A stretch of DNA of 50,524 nucleotides, filler included, from Catajapyx aquilonaris (GCA_000934665.2; 3 parts of 3 records of this genome joined end to end with filler, not necessarily neighbours in it); one strand, 5' to 3'; shown: positions 1 to 10,620, numbered from the whole stretch's first letter. Numbers and translations: made by a program. Notes: generated from the sequence alone by a model not told the origin.

Positions 1-475
1 ACCCTGCAGTCTGGACCTGGCCCAGAGTGACTTCGTCACCTAAAAAAGAACTTCTGGGACGTCATTTTGGCGCTCATAATGAATTGAAAATGGCGGCTGA
101 CCAGTGGATTGCAGACCAAACTTTGGAATTTTTTTCAGGTGGGATCGGATCACTTTCAGACAAATGACGCAAATGCATTGAGATGAAGGGAGATTACATC
201 GAAAAAAAAATGACATTGTGAGAGTTGTAACACATGTCCTTCATACCTAGGTAGATAACTTTTTGACCCTCCCTCGTACGTACCGGTAATGTAACTTATA
301 GTACTTTTTATCAAGCTAAGTTGCATAAGTTTGATGATTTGTGCAGATGTGTATACTGTTGCTGTCACCTTTTGGGAATCCTATACTATACAGCGGAAGT
401 CGAGTTATTGATGAGCCAGATTGAGTTTTAGAATTTGCAAATGAATTTTATTGACTGTGAGGGAGGTAAAGTTGA

Positions 476-2104
476 TCAATCACTGTGATCGGAATCCGCT
501 GGCAACACAACAAGTCGTGTGTCCCGATAGACGTCGTCGTTCAGTTGGCATCGATATGTTCCTGCGTCTGACGTGGTCGTATTGTAGATAAACAAGACGT
601 GTGTGGCCATGTGCTCTGTGTACTGGTAGTGACTCGTTGCCCCGTATCCAGTTCCGTTATAGCTAATTGGCCCGGAATTGTCGTCCAATTTATACCAGTC
701 GAATGGGTTGCGTGACGAGACGTGTTCGCTTTGAACCATGCAGATGATACCAGCCTCTTCGCCTTCATGCGCGTACACTCTATCTGGCAGATACACGATG
801 GTTCTCTCTCCAGGACTGGCAGCTGAAAGATGGTTTTTATCATTGCACTCATTGGATGGCTTGTGGATATTGTTTCGTAGTCAATCGGACTAACTTACCT
901 GGTATGTCGTCTTCCGAGGGCACCACCCTCAGATGGATGTCCACAAACCCTCCTTTCTCCACCTTACACCTGTATGTTGTGGAGCTCTGGACATTACGGA
1001 GATTCAGTGCGATGGCGGACGTGACAAACACATTCAGGTTTGTGGACCAGGAGGACGTATCGTACAACTGGAGTTGCTGCAGCCTGTTTTCGTCGTCGAA
1101 TTTGAACCAGGTGACGGCGCATGATTTGTCTCCGTCGTTTTGCATCCAAAAGACGAGGCTGACAGAGTCGCCTTTCTTGGCCACCACCTCTCTCGGTGCG
1201 TACAGAATGCTCGGGTTCAGACACGTTGCATCGACTGGAAATGACCTTTTGTCAGATTGGCTTAATGCTGACATTTTGAGTGTTTTGTAGTGACTCCAGA
1301 CAAACTTCCAGGGCACCAGATTACATTTTAATGAAAAAGTGTCAGTGGATCTCCACAACTCATATTTCGTCTTCGACCACAATGTAGGCATATCACAATA
1401 GTTTTTCAAATAATAAGTATGCAGTGGTTCCTAAATTATATGCGTTGCCAATCTATACAACCATCATGTCGACTTTTTCACATTACGTTTCCTATTAACG
1501 GTGACTATAATGAGTGAAGGTTAGGTCTACGAAATTATGGGAACTAAAGTTATCTCGTACTTAGAAAATACACACAGGTAATTTTAAAACAGTATACTAT
1601 TATATTGCGCAAGTTGTCACGTGGTACGAACATGTACCCCCGCGAGCATAAAGATGGAGACGGCAGGCCCTTTTTTGACCTTTCTTTATCAGACTCAAAT
1701 TAATGAACTATTTTTTGGACCGAGTTAGCTGCTTCAGGCGTGTGTTCGTGTATTTATGACAGTATATTTGATACCGTAATTGCTGAGATTGACAGAGCAG
1801 CCTGCCGAAGGTGAGGGCCGGCCGTCTCCATCTTTATGCTCGCGGGTGTACCTCACATTGTTTAAAATTTACTCACACCCGAATTCATATCCTAAACATA
1901 TTATTAAAAACTGAATTTGCCGATAGTCCCTTAAGTATCCGTTAGTCGACGCTTAAAACTAAACTTCTTAATAATTGAAAAAGTTGCTGCTACATCAAAT
2001 GCAAAAGTGGACAAAATAAATTTCTTATTCCTACACAATACTCAATCCAACTTACCAGTAGTTATCCACACGAATGAAAGAAAGAGCAGCAAAGGCACCA
2101 TCAT
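476..2104 (-). CDS. Secreted two-Ig-domain protein, gene Ig1 (~243 aa; exons 2104-2056, 1234-899, 822-476)
   Basis: Leader exon MMVPLLLFLSFVWITT ends G|gtaag. Exon 2 follows tttccag| and encodes DATCLNPSILYAPRE...VTWFKF...YRCKV, ending G|gtaagt. Exon 3 follows tttcag| and encodes an Ig domain with IICMV, WYKL, DAGTYRC. Both introns are phase 1 and the CDS is 732 nt in frame. No TM/GPI tail; AATAAA at 447-452. Confidence 0.88.
1637..1848. mobile_element. Tc1/mariner-type MITE in intron 1 of Ig1
   Basis: About 30-bp terminal inverted repeats (CcCCCGCGAGCATAAAGATGGAGACGGC ... GCCGTCTCCATCTTTATGCTCGCGGGTG), flanked by TA on both sides (1635-36, 1849-50). No ORF. Confidence 0.8.
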
Positions 2105-2210
2105 CTTGCTAGTCGAAGCTAATATTCCAGCCTGTTGGAACACTGCCTTGATTCTTTTCTGATTCAAGACTGAGCAATAAGAACTTTATCACTTGCAACA
2201 CGCGATGGCA

Positions 2211-2240
2211 TTTCCGGGATGGAAATATATTACATCCGGT
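2211..2240 (-). promoter_or_regulatory. Conserved upstream module of Ig1 (STAT-like/ETS-like motifs)
   Basis: TTTCCGGGAT (2211-2220) plus ACATCCGGT (2232-2240). The same module lies upstream of Ig2 (3576-3601) and Ig3 (4910-4935). Confidence 0.4.
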
Positions 2241-2523
2241 GACATGTATCAACATGTAAAAATACTCCACAAATGATATTAAAAAGAGGTGATTAAAGGC
2301 ACTTGTGTTAGGTCGCCTCTGAAGGACGACGTGACGGATAAAGAACTTTTATGCCGTTCTACTCAACTACTGAAAAACATGATAGGTCATGTCATTAAAA
2401 GAATGGTTGTTATTTTCTTCTTTGGGCATCCGTACACTTTTTTCTACATGTCGCACAAAATGAACTACAAGCAAAGTATTAGAAAATAAGCCATCCAGTT
2501 ACCATCGACGGAAAAAAGGGGTA

Positions 2524-3475
2524 TCAGTAACTACTGTAATCTGAATCCGCAGGCCACACAACAAGCTGTGTGTCTCTAGAGACGTCGTCGTTCAGCTGGC
2601 ATCGATATGTTCCGGCGTCCGACGTGGTTGTTCGTTCGACAAACAAGATGTGTATGGCCATGTGATTTGAGTACTCGTAGCTATTGTCATTTCCATAGTT
2701 TCCTCCAGTTTGACTAAGTCTGAGTGGCTCGGAATTGTCCAGCTTGTACCAATGGAACGGGTCACCAGAAGAGACGTGTTCACTTCGAACCATGCAGACG
2801 ATACCAGCACTCTCACCTTCATGAACGTGTATCCTACGTGGCATATACACTATGGTTCTCTCCCCAAGACTGGCATCTGAAACATGGTTTATTGCATATT
2901 TGATACCTTGTAAATTGCTTTGTGTTTAATCTGAAAACCTGAGATGTCGTCTTCCGAGAGCACCACCCTCAGATGGATGTCCACAAACCCGCCGTTTTGC
3001 ACCTTGCATCTGTATGTTTCGGACCTCCGGACATTCCTCAGATTCAGTTCATGGGTGGACATGACAAACGCTCCTGGATGCGGGCTGGACCTGGAAGCTC
3101 CGTTGTACGACTGGAGTCGCTTCAGTCTGTTTTCATTATCGAATTTGAACCAGGTGACGGGACATGATTCGTCTCCGTCGTTCTGTATCCAGACGGTCAG
3201 TCTGACATTGTCGCCTCTCTTGGCCACCACCTCTCTCTGTGCGTAGAGAATGCTCGGGTTCTGACATGTTGCGTCCACTGGAAATAACCTTTTATCAAAT
3301 TTGGCGAATGCTGGGTGTTTTTAGTGACTCAAGAAGACAAGACTCTGATCGTTAAAGCACTTCTATAGTGTTTATGTATTATTAACATGATCTTCGTATG
3401 CCCGACCAGGCCCGACACTCTATACTTACCAGTTATCAAAACGAAGGACAGAGAGAGCAGCAAATGCACCACCAT
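2524..3475 (-). CDS. Secreted two-Ig-domain protein, gene Ig2 (~245 aa; exons 3475-3430, 3277-2939, 2876-2524)
   Basis: Leader MVVHLLLSLSFVLIT G|gtaag. Exons are paralogous to Ig1 with the same phase-1 boundaries, and the CDS is 738 nt in frame. The intron-2 donor is weak (G|gttttc). Confidence 0.85.
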
Positions 3476-3891
3476 CTTGTTAGACGAAATTAATATTCCA
3501 GCCTGTTGGAACATTGCCTTGATTCTATCTGGTTCACGAGTGAACAACAAGGATCACTTGCAACATGTGGTGACATTTCCGGGATGAAAATCGCTTCCGG
3601 TGAAACGTATCAAGTAAGCAAAAAATTAAACAAGGTTGCCATGCTTGGAAAAATGCATTTAATTGCGCACATCAGCTCGGATTTAGGGGACATCATTGAG
3701 CTGAAATCATATTGGATGATATGTTTCATGCTTTTGCTCGGCTATATGATTTTTCCTTCTTTAGGATTCCCTCCATAGTGTAAATCAACTTTTTGATTAG
3801 TCATTTTCAGGTTGTTTTGCCAAGTGTTTTGCAAATGAATCCGTTGACTGTGGGGGCATTGGCTAGGTGGTGTGGGGGGAAATGGTGCTGA

Positions 3892-4809
3892 TTAATCCGA
3901 ATCCGCTGGGGACACAACAAGATGTGTGTCTCGAAAGACTTCGTCGTCCAGTTGGCATCGATATGTTCCGGCGTCCGGCTTTGTAACGTTCAGGACAACC
4001 AAGATATGTTTTTCCATGTGATTTCCGTACTCGAAGCCTATCGAACCTCCGTACCTTCCTCCAGTTTCGTCCAGTCTGATTTTCTCGTAATTGTCGTCCA
4101 GCTTGTACCAATTCTCAATAAATGGGTCGCTTTCTGTGAGGTAATCATTTTTAGCCAAACAGATGATACCAACATTGTCACCTTCATTCACGTGCACTAT
4201 GCGTGGCAAATATACGATAGTCCTCTCCCCAAGATCTGAAACATGATTATGCACATTAAATGGTTTGTAAATTGCTTAGTGGTTAATCAGAATACCTGGG
4301 ATGTCATCGTCCGAGAGCACCACTCTCAGATGGATGTCAACAAATCCACCGTTTTGCACCTTGCCCCTGTATGTTGCGGAGCTCTGGACATTCCGCAGAT
4401 TCAGGTCCTTGGTGGACATGACAAACAATTCTCCAACCCGCCTGGACCAGGAAGATGCTTCGTACGACGGGAGTGGCCTCAGCCTGTTTTCGTCGTCGAA
4501 TTTGAACCAGGTGACGTCACATGATTCGTCTCCCTCGTTTTGCATCCAAAATGGGAGGCTGACATAGTCGCCTTTCTTGGCCACCACCTCTCTCGGTGCG
4601 TACAGAATGCTCGGGTTCAGACACGTTGCGTCCACTGGAAATGAGCTTGTGTCAGATTGGCCTATAACTCAATACTGCCTCACCAGCACTCTAGCAATGT
4701 CATAATTGAGAAAGAAAGCTACTCCATCTGTCAGAAACATGTCTTCGTATCTTACCAACTTACCAGCTATCAAAACGAAGGATAAAGATAACAGCAAAGG
4801 AACCACCAT
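3892..4809 (-). CDS. Secreted two-Ig-domain protein, gene Ig3 (~242 aa; exons 4809-4764, 4634-4296, 4235-3892)
   Basis: Leader MVVPLLLSLSFVLIA G|gtaag. Exon 2 encodes DATCLNPS...YRGKV and ends G|gtattc. Exon 3 encodes IICLA, WYKL, DAGTYRC. CDS is 729 nt in frame. Confidence 0.85.
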
Positions 4810-5130
4810 CTTGTAAACCGAAGCTAATATTCCAGCCTGTTGGACCATTGCCTTGATGCTGTCTGATTCATGACTGAGCAACAATGATCATTTTCAACAC
4901 GCCGTGACATTTCCGGGATGCAAATCGCTTCCGGTTGAACGTATCAACAAGCAAAAGTGCTTGTCAAATGTGTCTGAAAACAGGTGATTAAACCATAGCT
5001 GAATGTCAGCCTGTAACCTCTGAATGACAAGTAGCTGATTTGGAAGGGGGAAAATCATATTTAATTAAATCCAAATTACATGTTACAATGATATAGTAGT
5101 GTTCAAGAGCAGTTTGTATAGTGTCCTTTG

Positions 5131-5575
5131 TTACAAGACGTCCAGCCTGGAGTCCGCGTACAATTCCGGCGTCACTTGACATCTGTAGGTTCCTGAGTAT
5201 GATTGTTTCGCCGAGTAGAACATGAGAACGTGGGTGTGCAGCTGGTAAGCGCCTTCGTATCTGTTGGACTGGCCATACTCAGAGCTGTTTCCATCAGCGA
5301 CGATCCTGGTGCTAGTCGAACCTCCGTCGTCTCCCAGTTTGTACCAGGCGAAGGAGCCAGAAGGAGCCAGATTCTGGTTTCTCACAATGCAGATCAGACC
5401 TCCTCTCTGGCCCTCTGGAGCCGTCTCCACATCGGACGCATACAGGATGGTAGGTTTATTCCCCGCTGAAAATTGTCGTTATAAATTAAGACAAAAATCA
5501 TACCGTATTTAATAACATACCTGATACAGAGGCCAATAGAAATATGAGCAGGAAGCAGGCAGCCATCGCTTTCAT
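5131..5575 (-). CDS. Secreted single-Ig-domain protein, type A, gene Ig4 (~129 aa; exons 5575-5521, 5465-5131)
   Basis: Leader MKAMAACFLLIFLLASVS G|gtatgt, then a 55-bp intron ending ttttcag|. Domain has LICIV, WYKL, YSGTYRC, with the stop right after the G strand (DSRLDVL*). Confidence 0.85.
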
Positions 5576-5892
5576 TAGCAACTTGTGTCCAAAATTATTA
5601 CAAACTTGTGCAGAAAAGTCACTGGCGGCACTCCAGATGTTCAGTGTCGGAAACCACAATGAGTTTGCCAGCGTCTATATCACCAGTTGAATTATCACGA
5701 AAGAAACCGCAGGCTGCATCCGGCTGTTGTTAAATAATTAAGCTTTTGCATGAGGCGCTGGCCACAAACTGTGCATCTTTATTAAGAGCCAAGTTACATA
5801 ACATCACTATAGTTTTGAAACCTTGCCATTGACAAGCTCAGGAGTACTAACCCAAATGACGGTTAAATGCGCCATGTGGCACGCGCATTTTT

Positions 5893-6417
5893 TTACTGAG
5901 AGCTTATCACATTCAGTTCAATGTCACCAAACACTCCGTCGTGAACCTTGCACCTGTAAGTACCGGCCTGAGATTCTTGTGCATTTTGAATGTTCAATGC
6001 GTTGGTAGTGAGTGAGAACAATCCAGGATAAGTGGAGGAAGAGGAGTGTGAGATGGATGACGGTAGAGGCATGGGTGTGAGGTCGTCGGTGGCGTCGAAC
6101 TTTAGCCAGGTGACGTCGCAGGGCTTTCCTCCAACATTTCGGACCAGACACAGGAGATGGACCGTTTCTCCTAACACAACCACTTCTTCTCTCGGATGGT
6201 ACATTATCTCAGGGTTGAGACAGGTAGGGGCTGGCACATCCGCTACAATGTTTTGTATGCAATCTTATTAAATCACTCTGGCAGTAGCTAAAGGACACGA
6301 AAGATGCTGCACTCTGATGCTGCACAGTGATAGTCCCTTTTTACTCTGCATGTTGCACTTACCAGAAGCTACAACCAGAGGAAGGGCAATCATCCAAAAG
6401 GCGATCATGGCAGCCAT
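5893..6417 (-). CDS. Secreted single-Ig-domain protein, type B, gene Ig5 (~134 aa; exons 6417-6363, 6242-5893)
   Basis: Leader MAAMIAFWMIALPLVVAS G|gtaagt; acceptor ttgtag|. Domain TCLNP...LLCLVRN...CDVTWLKFD...QAGTYRC...ELNVISSQ*. Confidence 0.87.
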
Positions 6418-7075
6418 TGGTGAAGGTATTACTCGAAGCAAAAGATGTGTAGTGTTGAACGCATCCAGGAGGTTAGACTGGCGGAAGCTGTTGCTTACAA
6501 GATGTGATTAACTCCTTACGAGCTTCCGGTTTGAATAGAGATTATGAAGCTACAGCCCTATATTCATAGAGCGCAATTAAAAATCGGCACAGTAAGTGAA
6601 GGTTGCTTTGAAAATTTCAATTTTGACTTAAACTGCATGGCTGCAGTCATTTCGAAACATATGACAATTATTGCATTGTTCCTCATCGGGAAATATTTTA
6701 AAACATTTCTCTGTGGGACGTCTCTACCAGAAATCTGTCTTGATTGTTAGAAGCATGCTATGTCAGGTCCTACTATATGTTAAACAATATTTCTCGTAAT
6801 TTCGACCACAAGTGATGCACATTAGGTGTTCAAATTATCATTAATAAATCCTTTCTGCCAGGTGGGATCATCAGGTGTGGAAAAAAATTGGCTAATTCGA
6901 CTCTGAAGTACAATACCTTTTAATGACGAAGCTAATCGTGGGATACAAACATAACTTAATTAGACATGAATGGCAATGCTGACCATGAATGTGATTCTAA
7001 TCGTCCTGCATTTCCGGTCTTCAAAATAGTGGACTTGGTCTATAGATTCTCTAAGACCATGACCGTGCATGTCGT

Positions 7076-8352
7076 TTAGAAGAGACCTGAAGACTGGAAG
7101 TGGTATTCCAGAACGCTGACCTTCTTCTCCATCGGAATGTACAGAGGCCTGACCAGTGTGGACTGAGAGTTGGGCATTTGCTTGAGGCTGGACTGGTCAA
7201 GCTTGGTGAAGTAGCTGGGATTGGCCTTGAATTTGAGGGCGATGTTTCTGCTGACAGTGGTCATGACCCTCTGGTAGTCCATGGGCTCCAGGGAGTACTG
7301 CATCGTGTTGCACAGGTTCTGGATGAAAACGCTGCCCGTGGCAGTGTTGCGGAACGACACGTAACCTAACGTGGTCGCGTATGCCACGTGCACGTCCGGA
7401 CTGGTCAGCTGCTCGGCCACGTTGCCTGTAGTGGTCATCTGATGAACAGCAGTAGGAAAGTGGATGGCCGGGTCGGACTGGACAGGTTGACCCTTTGGCT
7501 GGTCACCCGACCTTCTCAACAACAGCCACTGACCAACGTCCCTCTTTTGACCTCGGCAAGCCTGAAACGATGATTGTTTGACGAATCGTGCCTGCACAAG
7601 TGGATGGATCTACCTGTATGATGAACAGCTTCGGTTTCCCGGCCAAAGAGGGGCAAATATTATCCTCGAATTGAGTCCACAGTTCCTTGACGCTGTACGT
7701 GTCGTCCTCTGCCACAAGCGTGTCCTCCAAGCCGTGAGTGAGCACGGCCACCACGAGAAGGTCATGACCCGAGTGGTCCTCCAGCGACACTGCGAAAGGA
7801 CAAGTGTATCCAAGTGCGTGCAACAAACTGAGTCTGTTCTCACCTTCGCAAAGTTTGTCCTTGATTTGTTGTACCGTGTAATCCTTCATGACCTGAACAT
7901 CCATCCGCATGGATTTGAACAGTTTGTACAAGTAAGCTTCATCGACGTCGGTGCCTGATCGACGCGATTCGGTCGCGTGCTGGTTGAAAACGTGGTTGAA
8001 AATCAGCGCATTTCCCCTCTTGCTCTCAGGAGAAGGAAGGTCGCGCATCGGGTACGGTGTGCTATCCGTCAGCACCATATCGTCGTCATCCACGTTGTCG
8101 TATGACGAAGCTACACTGACACTTTTGTCGTCGTCGTCATTGTCGTCATTTTCGTCATCACTGACCGGCGTCAACATCGGTTCGATCACGGTCATTTCCA
8201 CTGGTTCGGGCTCATCCGGTATTTTATCTGGAGGGAAACAATCAGGCACGTGCTATCATTATCTGTGAGTACTTACTGTCAAGTAAATTGACGTACAGAA
8301 GGACAGGGAGGGAAGAGATAATGGCTTCGACAAACTTATTGCTTCTGTGCAT
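7076..8352 (-). CDS. Caspase (effector-like, short acidic prodomain), CaspA (~373 aa; exons 8352-8277, 8227-7844, 7789-7614, 7561-7076)
   Basis: Motifs RGNALIFNH, RSGTDVD, LTHG (catalytic His), CPSLAGKPKLFIIQ|ACRG (catalytic Cys, phase-0 intron inside the motif), SFRN, QMPNSQSTL. GT-AG introns of 49, 54 and 52 bp keep frame. The first exon/start is less certain. Confidence 0.9.
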
Positions 8353-10326
8353 TATGTCAATAAGTCGCAATCAGTTCTGGGAAATTGAAAGTGTCCTTTT
8401 TGTGTTGGGACCTTGGCGCACACATGTTGCGTATTCATATAATAAGGGTCATTCACACAGCGCGAATAAACTGGACCAGTTTAGACCCGGTGTGCACTGA
8501 AACCTCCAGAAGCATCATTTGTGGGGTAGACAAATTAAGCTTCTCCAACGTGAATACAATCATTTAGAAATGAAGCCATGTTTTCATTATTTAAATGAGG
8601 TGTGAATGAAATCATTAAATGATGAAATACATGCTGTAAATTTATTTCTCAAGTTTTAAATAATTATTTTATTCACGTTGAAGTAGCTTGTCTATACTTG
8701 CGCACCTGTCGAGTTTTTATTGTGTATGTATGGTGCCTAGTCTTTTCGCACTTGTAATACTTGTACAGTACAAATCCAATGCAGTATATAATCAGTAGTA
8801 TATGGTTCAAGGTGAGATCTGACATCAATGTCCAGTTCAGGACACTGCCACTGTGATTATTACATAAGCATGTTAAAAATAGTTAACTCATGCCTACATG
8901 ATGAGCAGCTGCATACAGTTGAGATCATTCTCTGTAAGACGGATTCGGTCTTTTCCTGTCTTTGGCTCTTATTAAGCAGGCTTCCATTCATGTTGTCCTT
9001 TTCTTTCTGTCAAGTTGTTAGTAACAAGTGGTTCAAATATTGTGTGTACCTAATTAAGGTAGGGTATGCTTACCTCATCCTGCATGGCTCCATTCATTTT
9101 TTTAGTTGATCAACCGACACTGATACCACTGAAAATGTATGACTTATAGTTACACAGCCTTGATATTGCAAGGACAGCAGAGTGATAAAATGAGATTAGA
9201 AGAGAGGAAGTGTCTAGCTCTATACCTCGGTGTATCCAGCATGCGAAGGCGGTCCTAGTTAATATCCAGAAATAACTGAGAGAAGAGAGTGAAAATGTGA
9301 GCCTCAGTACATTTCTGACTTCGGAACGCAGGTTGGTTACCACAAAGTCCACCGTTTGAAACGTTACTGATAAGCGGCTTAGAATCAGCCCTCAAGTCAT
9401 GACTCACTGATGTTTGATCAACCGGCAGTATCTTCAGAACAGATAACCCAACTCAAGATAATGCAGGACAGAATGTGAATGGGGTTCACTTCTGCTAAGG
9501 TTTTGTAGTTAGCTCTAGAAGGCATGGCTTTAATATAGTACCAAGAGTAGGGCCTACGTATTGAGCCAGGGTAAGGTATTGGCATCACAATGGATGATAA
9601 GAGCTCCCAACAACATAACTAACAATTTAAGGCTTGTGTGTGGGATGGCACATTTTCTATACATCAGTAAATTACACCTTGCACTTGAAAATATTTTAAT
9701 GAATCTTGCAAGAAAGTCCATGTTACACTTTTTAGGAATGGTGCAACTTCCATTAATAATCACCCCTAACCTTTGCAAAAAAACTCGGGTGTTTAGTCAG
9801 AATTAAGACTGGATCTGGGCAGGGGGTTTTCTGATCAGCTGGAAGGTATACTAAATCATTTCCAGATTTTGGCAACCATCAAGCTATGTCCTGTCACTTG
9901 TATACCTGCACTATTCCTTCTATTCCCAGCAATAATTTTCACTTGTAACATGACATTCATTTTCATTTGCATAATGCGTAACATTCTCTCACTGTATTTA
10001 AATTACATGCCCATATCAAATGATCCTCTAGTCTAGTGACCTGAAGTTCATGGAGAAGTTTGTACAAATCATTCCATGACTGATTGTTTTTGCAATAATG
10101 TTTTTATGCCCGAATGTCCATCTCTTTCTACTGAGAATAATATTTACACAACAGTTTCACATCTTGGGAGTGCAAAATATATAACAAAATGCCTTCAATT
10201 TCAAAACTTTTATTATCAATATCACGAAGTCCAAAATAATGATTTTGTAAAAATATTTTCAATCATGTATATGACAAATGTAATCCCAAATTTGGAGGTT
10301 AACCATTACTCATGAAAGTGTCTAGG

Positions 10327-10583
10327 TGCTGCTTAGCAATATTTTTCGTTGGCGACCCCAGAAAATAATCTCAAAATTCGCAACCCCTAATTTCCAATTC
10401 AACCCCCCCCCCCCCCCCCTCAGTGGTAATCAATGGNTAATCAATGGCAATAATCACTATAAATTAACACATCTTGTCAATTACATGCATATTTTTCCAG
10501 AGAGATGTAATAATTTTGTAAAAATACTTTGTTACCTTCGGTCGCGACCCCAAATATTATCCCATTAGGTTTGGGAAGCCCTG
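10327..10583. mobile_element. hAT (Charlie-like) MITE just 3' of the CaspB stop
   Basis: Right terminus GTTTGGGAAGCCCTG and a degenerate left terminus (gctgcttagcaa). Flanks gtctaggt / gtctaggg resemble the 8-bp NTCTAGAN Charlie target. Internal GCGACCCC repeats. Confidence 0.5.
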
Positions 10584-10620
10584 GTCTAGGGGTACCTGGC
10601 AGTGGTTGTGACCTTCAAGA

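Noticed and set aside
5893..5900. Possible splice read-through from Ig5 into Ig4 via CA|gtaaaa at the Ig5 stop
   Set aside because: That donor is phase 2 while the Ig4 acceptor needs phase 1, and Ig4 has its own leader exon.
481..6329. RSS-like heptamers (CACTGTG at 481-487, CACAGTG at 6323-6329) near Ig exons
   Set aside because: No ACAAAAACC-like nonamer at 12 or 23 bp. The Ig exons are complete domains (A to G strand), not split V/J segments.
856..8268. Plus-strand ORFs overlapping Ig and caspase exons (e.g. 856-1290, 2944-3246, 7578-7958)
   Set aside because: Antisense shadows of GC-richer coding exons with no recognisable motifs.
9070..9860. Possible highly decayed transposase (CACTA-like) between CaspA and CaspB
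   Set aside because: Only vague motif echoes across many stops; cannot be supported by eye.
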